From an uncultured Bacteroidota bacterium (GTDB lineage: Bacteria; Bacteroidota; Ignavibacteria; UBA10030), in NCBI GenBank assembly GCA_963770945.1, contig CAVYRP010000005.1:100268-164267 (forward strand): a stretch of DNA of 64,000 nucleotides, written 5' to 3'. The notes under the pieces are model-generated. The model searched no databases, was not told the DNA's origin, and saw only the letters and a program-made list of their open reading frames with translations. Numbering within the stretch: position 1 is the first letter of the stretch; the number at the start of each line of letters is the position of its first letter. Position numbers and translations under genes: made by a program. Shown here piece after piece: positions 51,345 to 60,941 of this stretch.

Positions 51345-52136
51345 ATGGATTTAAAACTGAAGAATAAAATAGCGATTGTTGCCGCTGCGAGCCAGGGACT
51401 CGGCAAAGCGTCTGCAATGGCGCTGGCCCAGGAGGGCGCAACCGTCGTAATCTGTTCGCGCCGGAAAAAAGAAATTACCGAAACAGCCGATGAAATTCAG
51501 AAATCTACGGGCGCTGCCGTTATTCCGTTCGCAGCCGATGTCGCCAAACCGGAAGATATAGAAAGTCTGGTTTCTGAAACCAGGCAGCGATTTGGAACAG
51601 TTCATATCCTTGTCAATAATGCAGGCGGACCGCCCGTCGGCGATATTCTTACTTTGACCGATGAAGACTGGCTCAAAGGACATGATCTTACACTTATGAG
51701 CATGGTCCGGCTTACCCGCGCCGTACTTCCGATGATGATCCGGCAGCAGTGGGGAAGAATTATCACTATCACATCGATTGCCGCAAAACAGCCGATTAAC
51801 GAACTGCTGCTGTCTTCAGCAATTCGTCCCGGAATTCTCGGCCTCACTAAAGTTCTTGCGAATCAATATGCGAATAAGAATATTACGGTAAACACTGTGT
51901 GTCCCGGTCATATCCTGACTAAGCGTCAGGAAGAGCTTGCAGCTTCACAGGCGGCAAAGAAAAATATTTCCGTGGAGCAATATTTAAAAGATACTGCGGG
52001 CGCGATTCCTGCTTCCAGGCTCGGTAAACCGGAAGAAATCGGCAATGTCATTGCATTCCTTGCGTCAGAGCAGGCGAGTTATGTTAATGGAGTAAATCTG
52101 CTTATTGATGGAAGCGCGGCCAGGGGTATCCATTGA
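51345..52136 (+). CDS. SDR-family oxidoreductase (FabG-like)
   Basis: 263 aa with a Rossmann N-terminus (KIAIVAAASQGLGKA), NNAG, and a PG motif in VNTVCPGHI. Confidence 0.88.
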   Translation: MDLKLKNKIAIVAAASQGLGKASAMALAQEGATVVICSRRKKEITETADEIQKSTGAAVIPFAADVAKPEDIESLVSETRQRFGTVHILVNNAGGPPVGDILTLTDEDWLKGHDLTLMSMVRLTRAVLPMMIRQQWGRIITITSIAAKQPINELLLSSAIRPGILGLTKVLANQYANKNITVNTVCPGHILTKRQEELAASQAAKKNISVEQYLKDTAGAIPASRLGKPEEIGNVIAFLASEQASYVNGVNLLIDGSAARGIH

Positions 52137-52234
52137 ACGATTTATCAATTCTTAACCGGATTTGATATTCTGTTTTGTAATCAAATTGGGATTTTTAACA
52201 GGGTAAAGTATTCTCTTTTGAAAGAATTATTCGA

Positions 52235-53041
52235 ATGAACGATATAATCAAAGCAATAATTTTGGGAATTGTCGAAGGTATAACGGAATTTCTTCCTATT
52301 TCTTCAACGGGACATTTGATACTAGTTAACCAGTTCATAACATTCGATGAACAATTCACAAAAATGTTCGATATCGTCATACAGCTTGGAGCGATTCTCT
52401 CTGTAGTTGTGTACTTTTGGAAACGGTTGTTTGTATTCAAAAAAGTGAACGGTTCATACCTGCAAAGTCAGACTGCCGACCTGTGGAAAAAATCTATCGT
52501 CGGTGTAATTCCTGCCCTGGTAATCGGCGCAATGTTTGCGAAGCAGATCCAGGAGTCGTTATTCAATCCTTTGATCGTAGCCGGAGCACTTGTTGCCGGA
52601 GGGATTGTATTGATTATTTTAGAAAACCGTAAACGGCATGAAAAAATTTCAACGATAGCGTCGCTGGATTATAAAACCGTTTTGCTGATCGGTTTGATTC
52701 AGTGTCTTGCAATGATTCCCGGCACTTCGCGCTCGGCAGCGACAATTATCGGGGCTATGCTGCTGGGATGTTCAAGGTTAGTGGCAGCGGAATTTTCATT
52801 TTTCCTTGCTATTCCTACATTATTTGCTGCATCTGTTTATTCATTGTATAAGACGGGATTTACGATGACTCTGGAAGAAGAAATCGTGCTTGCCGTCGGA
52901 TTTGTTGTTTCTTTTATTGTCGCACTTCTTGTCATTGCAGGATTCATGAAATTTATCAGCAGGCGGGATTTTAAACCTTTCGGATGGTACCGGATTATTC
53001 TCGGCGCCATCGTTTTTGCTTTTTTCTTCTTGAACTCATAA
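52235..53041 (+). CDS. uppP: undecaprenyl-diphosphate phosphatase
   Basis: 268 aa with BacA motifs GIVEGITEFLPISSTGH and PGTSRSAATI. Confidence 0.93.
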   Translation: MNDIIKAIILGIVEGITEFLPISSTGHLILVNQFITFDEQFTKMFDIVIQLGAILSVVVYFWKRLFVFKKVNGSYLQSQTADLWKKSIVGVIPALVIGAMFAKQIQESLFNPLIVAGALVAGGIVLIILENRKRHEKISTIASLDYKTVLLIGLIQCLAMIPGTSRSAATIIGAMLLGCSRLVAAEFSFFLAIPTLFAASVYSLYKTGFTMTLEEEIVLAVGFVVSFIVALLVIAGFMKFISRRDFKPFGWYRIILGAIVFAFFFLNS

Positions 53042-53073
53042 GTCCCCTCTTGAGAGGAGCGTAGACTTAATAA

Positions 53074-53102
53074 TGACACGAATTTATTCGTGTCAATTTT
53101 CT
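53074..53102 (+). terminator. rho-independent terminator after uppP
   Basis: Perfect palindrome TGACACGAAT-TT-ATTCGTGTCA followed by ATTTTCT. Confidence 0.6.
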
Positions 53103-53120
53103 AAGGGGGTGTGTCAATGA

Positions 53121-53474
53121 GACATCAATGGGTTACTTACCAGCCATAAGAGAATAAAACGCTTACTTAGTGGAAATATTGTTATTAAGGAAGAGCCAAA
53201 AACAAAAAAGAATATTACCGTAGGGACGCACGGCCGTGCGTCCCTACAAAGGAAACCGCGATCATTAGGTTCATTCATTGCCGGATTTAAATCGATCACA
53301 ACAAAACGAATAATTGAAACGCGAAATACTCCTTACTCACCAGTCTGGCAAGGTGGATTTTATGATCACGTAATTCGTAATGAAAAAGATTTAAGTAACA
53401 TCAGACAATATATTTTTAATAATCCTTCGAATTGGCAGATGGATGAAGAAAACCCTCAACGACACAGCATGTGA
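53121..53474 (+). mobile_element. remnant of IS200/IS605-type Y1 (REP-associated, RAYT-like) transposase, N-terminal catalytic half missing
   Basis: The open frame has no start codon: ...IVIKEEPKTKKNITVGTHGRASLQRKPRSLGSFIAGFKSITTKRIIETRNTPYSPVWQGGFYDHVIRNEKDLSNIRQYIFNNPSNWQMDEENP. This matches the conserved C-terminal half (WQ..YYDH.IRNE....I..YI..NP..W) of these ~180-aa transposase-like proteins. The HUH region upstream is unrecognisable. Confidence 0.55.
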
Positions 53475-53501
53475 AAACAATGGACATATAGCCGTGTGTC
53501 C

Positions 53502-53969
53502 CTACTTCTTCCTTTTGTAATCCAGAAAGCAAAATCCTGCAAAGCGTTGTTCCTGTACGAGTTGAAAATGGCTGCGGAGAAATTCCTGGTACGGCGGGAA
53601 ATATGTATCTCCTTCAACATCTCTATCGACCAGAGTTAAACGTAATTCGTCGGCAAATTTAAGTGCGTCTGCAAATACTCTTCCTCCGCCGATCACAAAT
53701 ACTTCTTGTTCATTTTTCAATGCCTGTAATGCATATTCAAGGGAAGGATAAGATTTAACGCCGTTAATGGCGCTGGAAGTGATAACGACCATGGTTCGAT
53801 TGGGAAGCGGACCGTCGAGAGAATCGTATGTCTTGCGTCCCATAATGACTGTGTGGCCGGTAGTAAGCTGTTTGAATCGTGCCAGGTCTTCCGGTATATG
53901 CCAGGGGAGTTTTCCGTTTTTACCGATGACGCGGTTGCGGGCTATTGCAGCAATGATAATGAGTTTCAT
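53502..53969 (-). CDS. folA: dihydrofolate reductase
   Basis: 155 aa with IIAAIARNRVIGKNGKLPWHIPEDLARFK, MGRKTYDS and VIGGGRVF. Confidence 0.92.
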   Translation of the reverse strand: MKLIIIAAIARNRVIGKNGKLPWHIPEDLARFKQLTTGHTVIMGRKTYDSLDGPLPNRTMVVITSSAINGVKSYPSLEYALQALKNEQEVFVIGGGRVFADALKFADELRLTLVDRDVEGDTYFPPYQEFLRSHFQLVQEQRFAGFCFLDYKRKK

Positions 53970-53996
53970 GGCCGGCCTCCTTATTGCAGGAGCAGG

Positions 53997-54929
53997 TTAA
54001 TCCTTAATCCATGGCGGGCGTATGCCAAGGAGTTTCATTTTCGCTTCGATTTCTTCCCGTTCGATGTTGCGCTTCATCTCCTGTCCCGCGGGAGGAACAA
54101 GTCCGTATTCTTCTGCGATTGCACGCGCGCCGACGTTATCGCCTGCTTGCACGCGTGAGATGATTGCGATTTCCTGCTTTGGAAAGTTCTATACCGTCCG
54201 AAGAGATAATCCTGAAATGCTTTCCATACAATCGGGCACCACTTGCTGACAATCTCGTTGCCGATCGCTGCCGCATAGGTACGAATTTCGTACTGTGCGT
54301 GCGCTTCCATTCGGAGTGCAAGAAAATGAAGAAGATTGTGAAGATCGATTTTCCAGTAAGCTTCGGTATACGTGCTGAGCGTTAAATCCTTGCGTGCCTG
54401 TTCACGAGCAATTCCGGCAGCAATGCGTTCGTTATACACCTTCCGTGTAAGTTCCTGCAGTTCCGATTCCTGCGCAGAGAAATGCACTCCCTGTTCGGCT
54501 GTGAGAAATCCGTCGCTTCCTTGCCGGTTGGTCGTTCCCTGTGTCCGCCATTCGTCCGATTTTGTTTTCTGAGCCGCATCGATGGCAATAGAATAGCGGG
54601 TGGAATATTCGTTGACACTTGCAGTGCGGTGCCGGATCCATTGGCGCCAGCAATCCATCGGGACGCGCATGTGCATTTTGATTTCACACATCTCAAACGG
54701 CGTCGTGTGATGATGACGGAGCAGGTAGCGGATCAGCGTTTCATCTTCGCGGAGTTTTTTTGTGCCTTTGCCGTACGATACGCGTGCTGCCTGTACAATA
54801 GAGGAATCGTTTCCCATATAATCGACTACACGCACAAATCCGTCATCGAGTACCTTAAACGGGACACCGAGAATTTTATCCAGTTCCGCAACTGCGGAGC
54901 GCTCTAGTTTTTCGAAAGGCTTGTTCCAT
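53997..54929 (-). pseudogene. thyX: FAD-dependent thymidylate synthase ThyX, three apparent frame changes (~54926, ~54190, ~54165)
   Basis: ThyX motif RHRTASVNEYSTRY. The ATG at 54929 lies 1 nt after the speB stop and is followed by one extra G before NKPFEKLERSAV.... The C-terminal tail QEIAIISRVQAGDNVGARAIAEEYGLVPPAGQEMKRNIEREEIEAKMKLLGIRPPWIKD* lies two frame steps from the track ORF 54074-55066 and stops at 53997. Confidence 0.85.
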
Positions 54930-54930
54930 T

Positions 54931-55830
54931 CTATAAGGCGTAATTCAGAATTTTGGAAACCACTTTTGCCGCTGTCACATCGGCATAGGGCAGCAGTTTG
55001 ATCGGCGCCAGTTCGACTACATCGAAACCGACAATATGCTGTCTGCGTGAGACTCTTCGGATACATTGCATCACTTCATTCCAGAAGAGGCCGTTTGGTT
55101 CCGGGGTTCCCGTTGCCGGCATAATAGACGGATCGAATACATCGACATCGAATGAAATGTACACGTCGTCCGTTAGTTTCTCTACTATGAAATCGTCCCA
55201 GTATTTCAAGATTTTAGTGTAGCCGCCCTGTCGTATTTCGTGTGCGTAAAATGTATGAATGCCGTGGTCGCGGATGAACTCAGCTTCCTCTTTGCACTGC
55301 GCCCGGATGCCTGCTTGTACCAGCCGATTCGGATCTAGAAATTCGCACACACGCGCCATTACCGAAGCATGGCTGTATTTATTTCCGTTATACTCAGGAC
55401 GGAGGTCGGAGTGTGCATCGAAATGAAGGACTGAGAGATTGGGATAATATTTTGCATGTGCCGCAATGACGGCGGAAGAGATCGTGTGTTCGCCTCCGAG
55501 CGCCACGACAAATTTTTGTCGTTCGACCAACGGAAGAACGGTGTCGTAAATAAGCTGCAGGGCCGCTTCATTTTTTTTCTTATCAAGATCAAGCGGGGGA
55601 AGCGTGGCGATCCCGTGTTCCTTGTAAATTTCGCGTTTTGTTTCCTCGTCGAAAAATTCGACATAGTGCGATGCTTTCAGTATTGCATCCGGGCCTTTCT
55701 TGGTTCCGCCGCCGTAACTTACTGTGTGTTCGTAAGGAACGGGCAATATCACGATCTTTGAATTCTCAAACGTGGAATATTGTTTTTCTATACCGAGGAA
55801 GTTCTGTTTGATATCGAGTACCTTTACCAT
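54931..55830 (-). CDS. speB: agmatinase (arginase/ureohydrolase family)
   Basis: 299 aa with Mn-ligand motifs GGEHTIS, HFDAHSDL and SFDVDVFDPS. Confidence 0.88.
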   Translation of the reverse strand: MVKVLDIKQNFLGIEKQYSTFENSKIVILPVPYEHTVSYGGGTKKGPDAILKASHYVEFFDEETKREIYKEHGIATLPPLDLDKKKNEAALQLIYDTVLPLVERQKFVVALGGEHTISSAVIAAHAKYYPNLSVLHFDAHSDLRPEYNGNKYSHASVMARVCEFLDPNRLVQAGIRAQCKEEAEFIRDHGIHTFYAHEIRQGGYTKILKYWDDFIVEKLTDDVYISFDVDVFDPSIMPATGTPEPNGLFWNEVMQCIRRVSRRQHIVGFDVVELAPIKLLPYADVTAAKVVSKILNYAL

Positions 55831-55973
55831 AATTCCGTCTCCAAAAAAATGTGTTCCAATATATCTTTAACCTGATGGAAAAGCAAGCGCTTGAAGACAA
55901 AGCAAAAATAAAAAAACTGGCTGAGCAGTCTGCGGCTTATCTCATTAATGCAGAAAAAATGATTTGATTTTAT

Positions 55974-56363
55974 TTAAATCCTGTACTTTTTGAAATGCAG
56001 GTATGTTAAATATGCAACTCCACCGGCTTGAATCGACTGCATAATTGTCCGCAGTGTTTTATATTCTTCTTGCTTTGCCGTTTCCCGTTTCCAGATAGAT
56101 GACAAATCGAGATTCGGCTGCATTTTCCATGAGCCGGATTGCAGGGAAAGAATCGACTTCAAGTCGGGGTAATATGGGTCATTATCAGTAATGATCCTAA
56201 GCGATAAAGGAAGAGACAATGAAGGTGTGCCGGTTAAATATTCTGCATTAAAATTTAACGGTTTACCCGCGGCAGTGTCTTGTAACCGGAGTGTCTGCAG
56301 TTCCTGTCCGGGCGCAAAAAAAGTAAATGAAAAAATCGAGAATAAAATAAAGGCCGTTTTCAT
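55974..56363 (-). CDS. secreted hypothetical protein (129 aa)
   Basis: The ORF has an N-terminal signal peptide MKTAFILFSIFSFTFFAPGQ. No family is recognised. Confidence 0.45.
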   Translation of the reverse strand: MKTAFILFSIFSFTFFAPGQELQTLRLQDTAAGKPLNFNAEYLTGTPSLSLPLSLRIITDNDPYYPDLKSILSLQSGSWKMQPNLDLSSIWKRETAKQEEYKTLRTIMQSIQAGGVAYLTYLHFKKYRI

Positions 56364-56399
56364 TTTTTAAATTTTCTTGCCGTGATATTTTTTATATGG

Positions 56400-56846
56400 T
56401 TACATAATGCGCATAACGGTAACAAGATGAATGGGATCGTCGAAATTCCGGCCGTCTCCAGTGCGGCAGCGCACAACATACCGATTCAAATTTAAATTCG
56501 CCAGTTCGATGTGAATCATATATGGGCAAATACAATGACACAAAGCTTGTGCAGTATCCGTTACTGTGATAAATATTGTATCCGTTCTTATCTCATATCC
56601 GGGGATGAAACGGCCGGAATCAGGGCAGCAATTAGCCCAAACCGAAAAATCCATTGTAAGTTTTTCATGAAAGGAATATGTAAAGATGGAATCTAACGCC
56701 GTTCCCTTAGGAAGCCCATGGGAGACACACTTGCCAGTTTCATAAGAAAATGATGGAGTTGTTGTATTATTTGTATCGGTCGGTTTATCATTGCAGGCAG
56801 ACAGAGCAGCAGTGATGCACACAAACAGTAATATACGCCTTTTCAT
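56400..56846 (-). CDS. Cys-rich lipoprotein (148 aa)
   Basis: Lipobox LSAC after a signal peptide, with multiple Cys (CCPDSG, CHCICP). Confidence 0.5.
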   Translation of the reverse strand: MKRRILLFVCITAALSACNDKPTDTNNTTTPSFSYETGKCVSHGLPKGTALDSIFTYSFHEKLTMDFSVWANCCPDSGRFIPGYEIRTDTIFITVTDTAQALCHCICPYMIHIELANLNLNRYVVRCRTGDGRNFDDPIHLVTVMRIM

Positions 56847-56937
56847 AAATACCTCCTGTTTGATCCGGCTCGTTATGCCGTTTAAATATATTCCCTTTCA
56901 GGTGTTTTGTCAAGGGATTTACGGCGGCGATTTAAAT

Positions 56938-57798
56938 TTAAGCTGATTGTATCTGCGTTGGAAGCTGATTCTGCGGCTGAGTTGTTTCTTTATGTTTATC
57001 GATTAACTCGCGCGCGAGTTCCAGATATGCCATTGTTCCTTTTGAAGAGGCATTAAAAAGCACCGCCGGCTTGCCGTAAAAGGATGCTTCCGTAAGCTGC
57101 GTATTTTTCGGAATGATTGTTTTAAGAAGATATTTGCGGAATCGCAATTGTAATTCACGGTCCGTAATTTCCGTGACTTTTGTATGCGGTTCATACATCG
57201 TTTGAAGAATGCCTTCGATCTGCAGGCCTTTATTTGCTACTTCATGAATCCATTCGAAGTATTTAAAGAGCTTCTCGATGCCTTCGAGTGAAAAATGTCC
57301 CGACTTAATCGGTATGAGCACGGAATCGGAACATGAAAGAGCGTTTGTAGTGAGCCCGCGCAGGGACGGCGGCGTGTCGATGATGACATAATCATAGTGC
57401 GGTATAATTGTGCGAAGAATATTCTTCAGCAGCGTTCGATTTTCCGATAAACGCATGATACGGTCTTCCGCCTGCTGCGATGTAATGTTGGTCGGAATGA
57501 AATCCAGGTATGCAAGTTCCGTCCGGTGAATGACCTGCGACATAGAATGGATAAAACTGAACACTTCATACAGTCCGCCTTTTGTCTTTTCCGGCGTGAA
57601 TCCAAGCGACATACTGCATGCTCCAAACGGATCCGTATCGATCAAAAGCACGCGCTTTTCCATGACCGCGAGACTTGCAGCGAGATTTACTGCTGTAGTT
57701 GTTTTTCCGACACCGCCTTTTGGGATCGCTATGGTAATGATTTTAGCTATGCGGGTTGGAGAGAGCCGATTATCAATTGTCTGTTCTATTTCTGGCAT
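56938..57798 (-). CDS. ParA/MinD-family P-loop ATPase (orphan, no parB partner)
   Basis: 286 aa with deviant Walker A IPKGGVGKTTTAVNLA, LLIDTDP and DTPPSL. Confidence 0.85.
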   Translation of the reverse strand: MPEIEQTIDNRLSPTRIAKIITIAIPKGGVGKTTTAVNLAASLAVMEKRVLLIDTDPFGACSMSLGFTPEKTKGGLYEVFSFIHSMSQVIHRTELAYLDFIPTNITSQQAEDRIMRLSENRTLLKNILRTIIPHYDYVIIDTPPSLRGLTTNALSCSDSVLIPIKSGHFSLEGIEKLFKYFEWIHEVANKGLQIEGILQTMYEPHTKVTEITDRELQLRFRKYLLKTIIPKNTQLTEASFYGKPAVLFNASSKGTMAYLELARELIDKHKETTQPQNQLPTQIQSA

Positions 57799-57837
57799 TA
57801 GCGTTTATAAAAATCCGAATAAATTTTTTATGTGCCG

Positions 57838-58509
57838 CTACTGAACACTGACAGATAACGATGTTAAAACATGCCCGTCTGCATGCTGCAAGACAGCTTC
57901 TAATTTATCGCCATGATCAATACGGGAGACTCCCTCCGGCGTACCGGTAAAAATGATATCTCCGCGTTCAAATGTCATGAACTGAGAGATGTATGATATA
58001 ATCGTATCGACAGGGAATACTAATTTACCGGTACTGGAAGATTGTCTGATTTTGCCGTTAATTTTCAATTGAATACTGAGAGATCCCGGATCACCGGTCA
58101 GATCCGGTGAAATAAATTCGGAAAGCGGTGCGGCAGTATCAAATCCTTTTGCGAGCGACCACGGGAGGCCTTTTTTCTTGGCTTCAAATTGAATATCGCG
58201 CATGGTCATATCGAGCCCGACACCATAACCTGCCACATATTGTAATGCAGATTCGCGCGAAATGTTCTTTCCGGTTTTGCCGATCAATACGGTTAATTCT
58301 ACTTCATGGTGAACATCGTGAGATATTGCGGGAATAATAATTTGTTCGCCTTGATGGATGACTGCACTTGCCGGTTTAAGAAAAAGAACCGGCGAATCCG
58401 GTACATCAAAATTCAATTCTTTCGCATGCTCGGCATAATTCTGTCCGAGACAGATGATTTTTTGAATTGGAATCGTCTCGGTGGAACCGGTTAATGTTAC
58501 GGATTTCAT
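57838..58509 (-). CDS. fumarylacetoacetate hydrolase family protein
   Basis: 223 aa with an FAH C-terminal domain pattern (KIICLGQNYAEHAKE, HHEVELTVLIGK, GDIIFTGTPEGV). Confidence 0.88.
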   Translation of the reverse strand: MKSVTLTGSTETIPIQKIICLGQNYAEHAKELNFDVPDSPVLFLKPASAVIHQGEQIIIPAISHDVHHEVELTVLIGKTGKNISRESALQYVAGYGVGLDMTMRDIQFEAKKKGLPWSLAKGFDTAAPLSEFISPDLTGDPGSLSIQLKINGKIRQSSSTGKLVFPVDTIISYISQFMTFERGDIIFTGTPEGVSRIDHGDKLEAVLQHADGHVLTSLSVSVQ

Positions 58510-58621
58510 ATTTATTCTCTAAAATAAATGAAATTTAATATAATGAAGCCATGGAAGAATGGCAATACAGAAGTCCCTGCGTATTTTTGAAAAAGGACTT
58601 TCTTTGACAGATTTCGCGGAT

Positions 58622-60922
58622 TTATTTAATCAGTAATAGTTTCTTGGTTGCTGTAAATGTGCCGGAAATGATTCGATAAAAATAGACACCGCTCGACAGG
58701 TCGGATGCCTCAAGCTTCATGTAATGTATTCCGGCTTTCTGGAATCCATCTACCAGCGTAATTACTTCACGACCGATTATATCATAAATCTTCAGCTTTA
58801 CATGTCCGTCCGACGGTATTTTAAACCTGATATTTGTGTATGAATTGAATGGATTGGGATAGTTTTGTTCCAGTACGTAGGAAGACGGAGTTGATATGGT
58901 GTCCGGTTTTCCTCCCGTTGTATCAATACTCACATATGCCCTTATAAGATAGGTGTAAACAGAATCACCGGCCGTGTTGGAAGTGAGGTAAAACCACCCT
59001 GCTTCATCTGATAAATATGTCAGGCTGGTAGTTTCGCTCGGCACCGGAGATTCTGTTATCATTACTCGCGGCATCGCAGCCCCATCGCCTTGATTAACAA
59101 AAGCAACAGCAAATGATTTACTTGCGTCTATATTCATAGCTCTTAGATCTATAACCGCCCAGTCTGGCCATGGAACAGGATATGGGTAAGTCGGAGCCGG
59201 TTGAACAGTTATAGCAGCAATCGATGCCAGTTGTTTGCCTAAAGGTGACGGCCGCGTTGCACCTGTATACTCCCAAATACCGCCCATCATTGTTCCGGGT
59301 CTTCGAAGAGCTACACGTACAGAATCAATTTTCCCGTTTGTGACACCATTAAACCATACGCAAACTGTATCACCCGACGTACCGGGCAGATATCCGGTCG
59401 GTTCGGTGAAATCATATTTCAATTCTACTGCATTGCCGCCGGTACCTGTTGCTGAATATGTTAAAACTGTTTCTGTAGCTGATAAATTGGTTATTGCAAA
59501 CACAACGCTTGAATAGTTTTCACCAGGATTGTTTGACGTATAAGTCGTACCTGGAATAACATTTTCCACTTTTATCCTGGCAGGGCTGACAGCAATCGCT
59601 TTCACTTCGATTGTCCTGCTGCTATTAATATCCAAGGATAGTGACTGCCCACCGACGAATTTTATATATCGCGTTCCGTACGGTTTCAAGGTATCAGTTA
59701 CAGCAGATACAATAGGAAAATAATAAGTGACTGCCGCTGGTTTTATTGAGATTGGGACGGTGAATCCATATTTCGGATCGTATGCGGTATTATTGATTTC
59801 CGCTGCCAGAGCAAAATTCTTTAATACATCGATAAAACGTAAAGTCGATCCTGATGTTTGGAATGCTTTGTCATAACAAGCAATCGAATCGTATGAATTC
59901 TGAACGATCGATTTTGTGAGCGAATTGCCGAATTGTTCGATCAAGTACCAAGAAAAGAGCGCGGCGCGGGAATAATCCCGCAGTGCATCGCCGGTAATGT
60001 TCCAGGAGAGAAAGTCCACATTCGTATTAGAATAGTAAAGAGACGGGCTCTCAAGCTTGAATCCGCACAGCTTGCTGGCCGACTCGGACATGCCTTCATC
60101 GATAAATGTAAGTTTATCAATGTCGTTTATATGGCTGTAGTTCCAGAAGATCATATGCTGAAATTCATGTGCTGTAGTCGAAGAAGCGGAAGTAATCCCG
60201 TATGATGTTTTTAGATTTGCCGGATTTGCATCGATATAATAAATCTCGGCTTCGTTGGAATGTGAATTTGTCCCGATTTTATGGATTACAGCTTCGGGGT
60301 ATTCATTCTGTGCATAAAAATATCCGGCGATGTATCCGCCGGTGCCTTTATAGCTGTCTTTAATATCAAGAATAAGAATAATAATTTTCGGATCGTTGTC
60401 TATGTCGGGCGGATTGCCGAAATACATCGTATCCAGTTGAAAGATACCTCTGGATGCATCGGCAGGTGTTTTTAATTCAAAAGCAGTTCGAATGGAATCT
60501 ACAACCGCCTGGTTGATACTCCCGTTTGTCCATAATGAGTCCTCGACAAATATATAACAATTATTTCCTACAGCCCGGCAAGTCGATGGTGTTTGATACT
60601 CTTCATAATAGTTTGGGCTGGACTCATCGAGGTTGGTTGCCCACCAGTTACGCGTTTGACCGACTGTAAAATTCCATATCGAAGTTTTCTTCAATTTATG
60701 AGCGGTTAATTCACCGGCATGTGCTTTAATATATGACTTGAGAAGCGGTTCGGTTTCCCGCCATTTCTCCCGCAGTAAATGGGAACCTGATATTGGAAAG
60801 CTTTTTGAAACGGAGTTCGGCCTTTTCGGTTGATCATCGGTTGTCGAGCCCGGCATCTGCTGTGCCGCTCCGGTCCAGAATAATATGAGAGTAATAAGAA
60901 AAATGTAAAATGAAATTTTCAT
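58622..60922 (-). CDS. secreted HExxH zinc metallopeptidase-like protein with T9SS C-terminal sorting domain
   Basis: Signal peptide MKISFYIFLITLILFWTGAAQ (start ATG 60922). TAHEFQHMIFWNY plus FIDEGMSESASK form an HExxH...E pattern. The Por-secretion tail is NYPNPFNSYTNIRF...GVYFYRIISGTFTATKKLLLIK. Confidence 0.8.
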   Translation of the reverse strand: MKISFYIFLITLILFWTGAAQQMPGSTTDDQPKRPNSVSKSFPISGSHLLREKWRETEPLLKSYIKAHAGELTAHKLKKTSIWNFTVGQTRNWWATNLDESSPNYYEEYQTPSTCRAVGNNCYIFVEDSLWTNGSINQAVVDSIRTAFELKTPADASRGIFQLDTMYFGNPPDIDNDPKIIILILDIKDSYKGTGGYIAGYFYAQNEYPEAVIHKIGTNSHSNEAEIYYIDANPANLKTSYGITSASSTTAHEFQHMIFWNYSHINDIDKLTFIDEGMSESASKLCGFKLESPSLYYSNTNVDFLSWNITGDALRDYSRAALFSWYLIEQFGNSLTKSIVQNSYDSIACYDKAFQTSGSTLRFIDVLKNFALAAEINNTAYDPKYGFTVPISIKPAAVTYYFPIVSAVTDTLKPYGTRYIKFVGGQSLSLDINSSRTIEVKAIAVSPARIKVENVIPGTTYTSNNPGENYSSVVFAITNLSATETVLTYSATGTGGNAVELKYDFTEPTGYLPGTSGDTVCVWFNGVTNGKIDSVRVALRRPGTMMGGIWEYTGATRPSPLGKQLASIAAITVQPAPTYPYPVPWPDWAVIDLRAMNIDASKSFAVAFVNQGDGAAMPRVMITESPVPSETTSLTYLSDEAGWFYLTSNTAGDSVYTYLIRAYVSIDTTGGKPDTISTPSSYVLEQNYPNPFNSYTNIRFKIPSDGHVKLKIYDIIGREVITLVDGFQKAGIHYMKLEASDLSSGVYFYRIISGTFTATKKLLLIK

Positions 60923-60941
60923 GAAATTATAACCCTGCGAA

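Noticed and set aside
55875-55967. 30-aa + strand ORF (MEKQALEDKAKIKKLAEQSAAYLINAEKMI) in the speB upstream gap.
   Set aside because: It is too short, has no supporting signals and could arise by chance in A-rich sequence.
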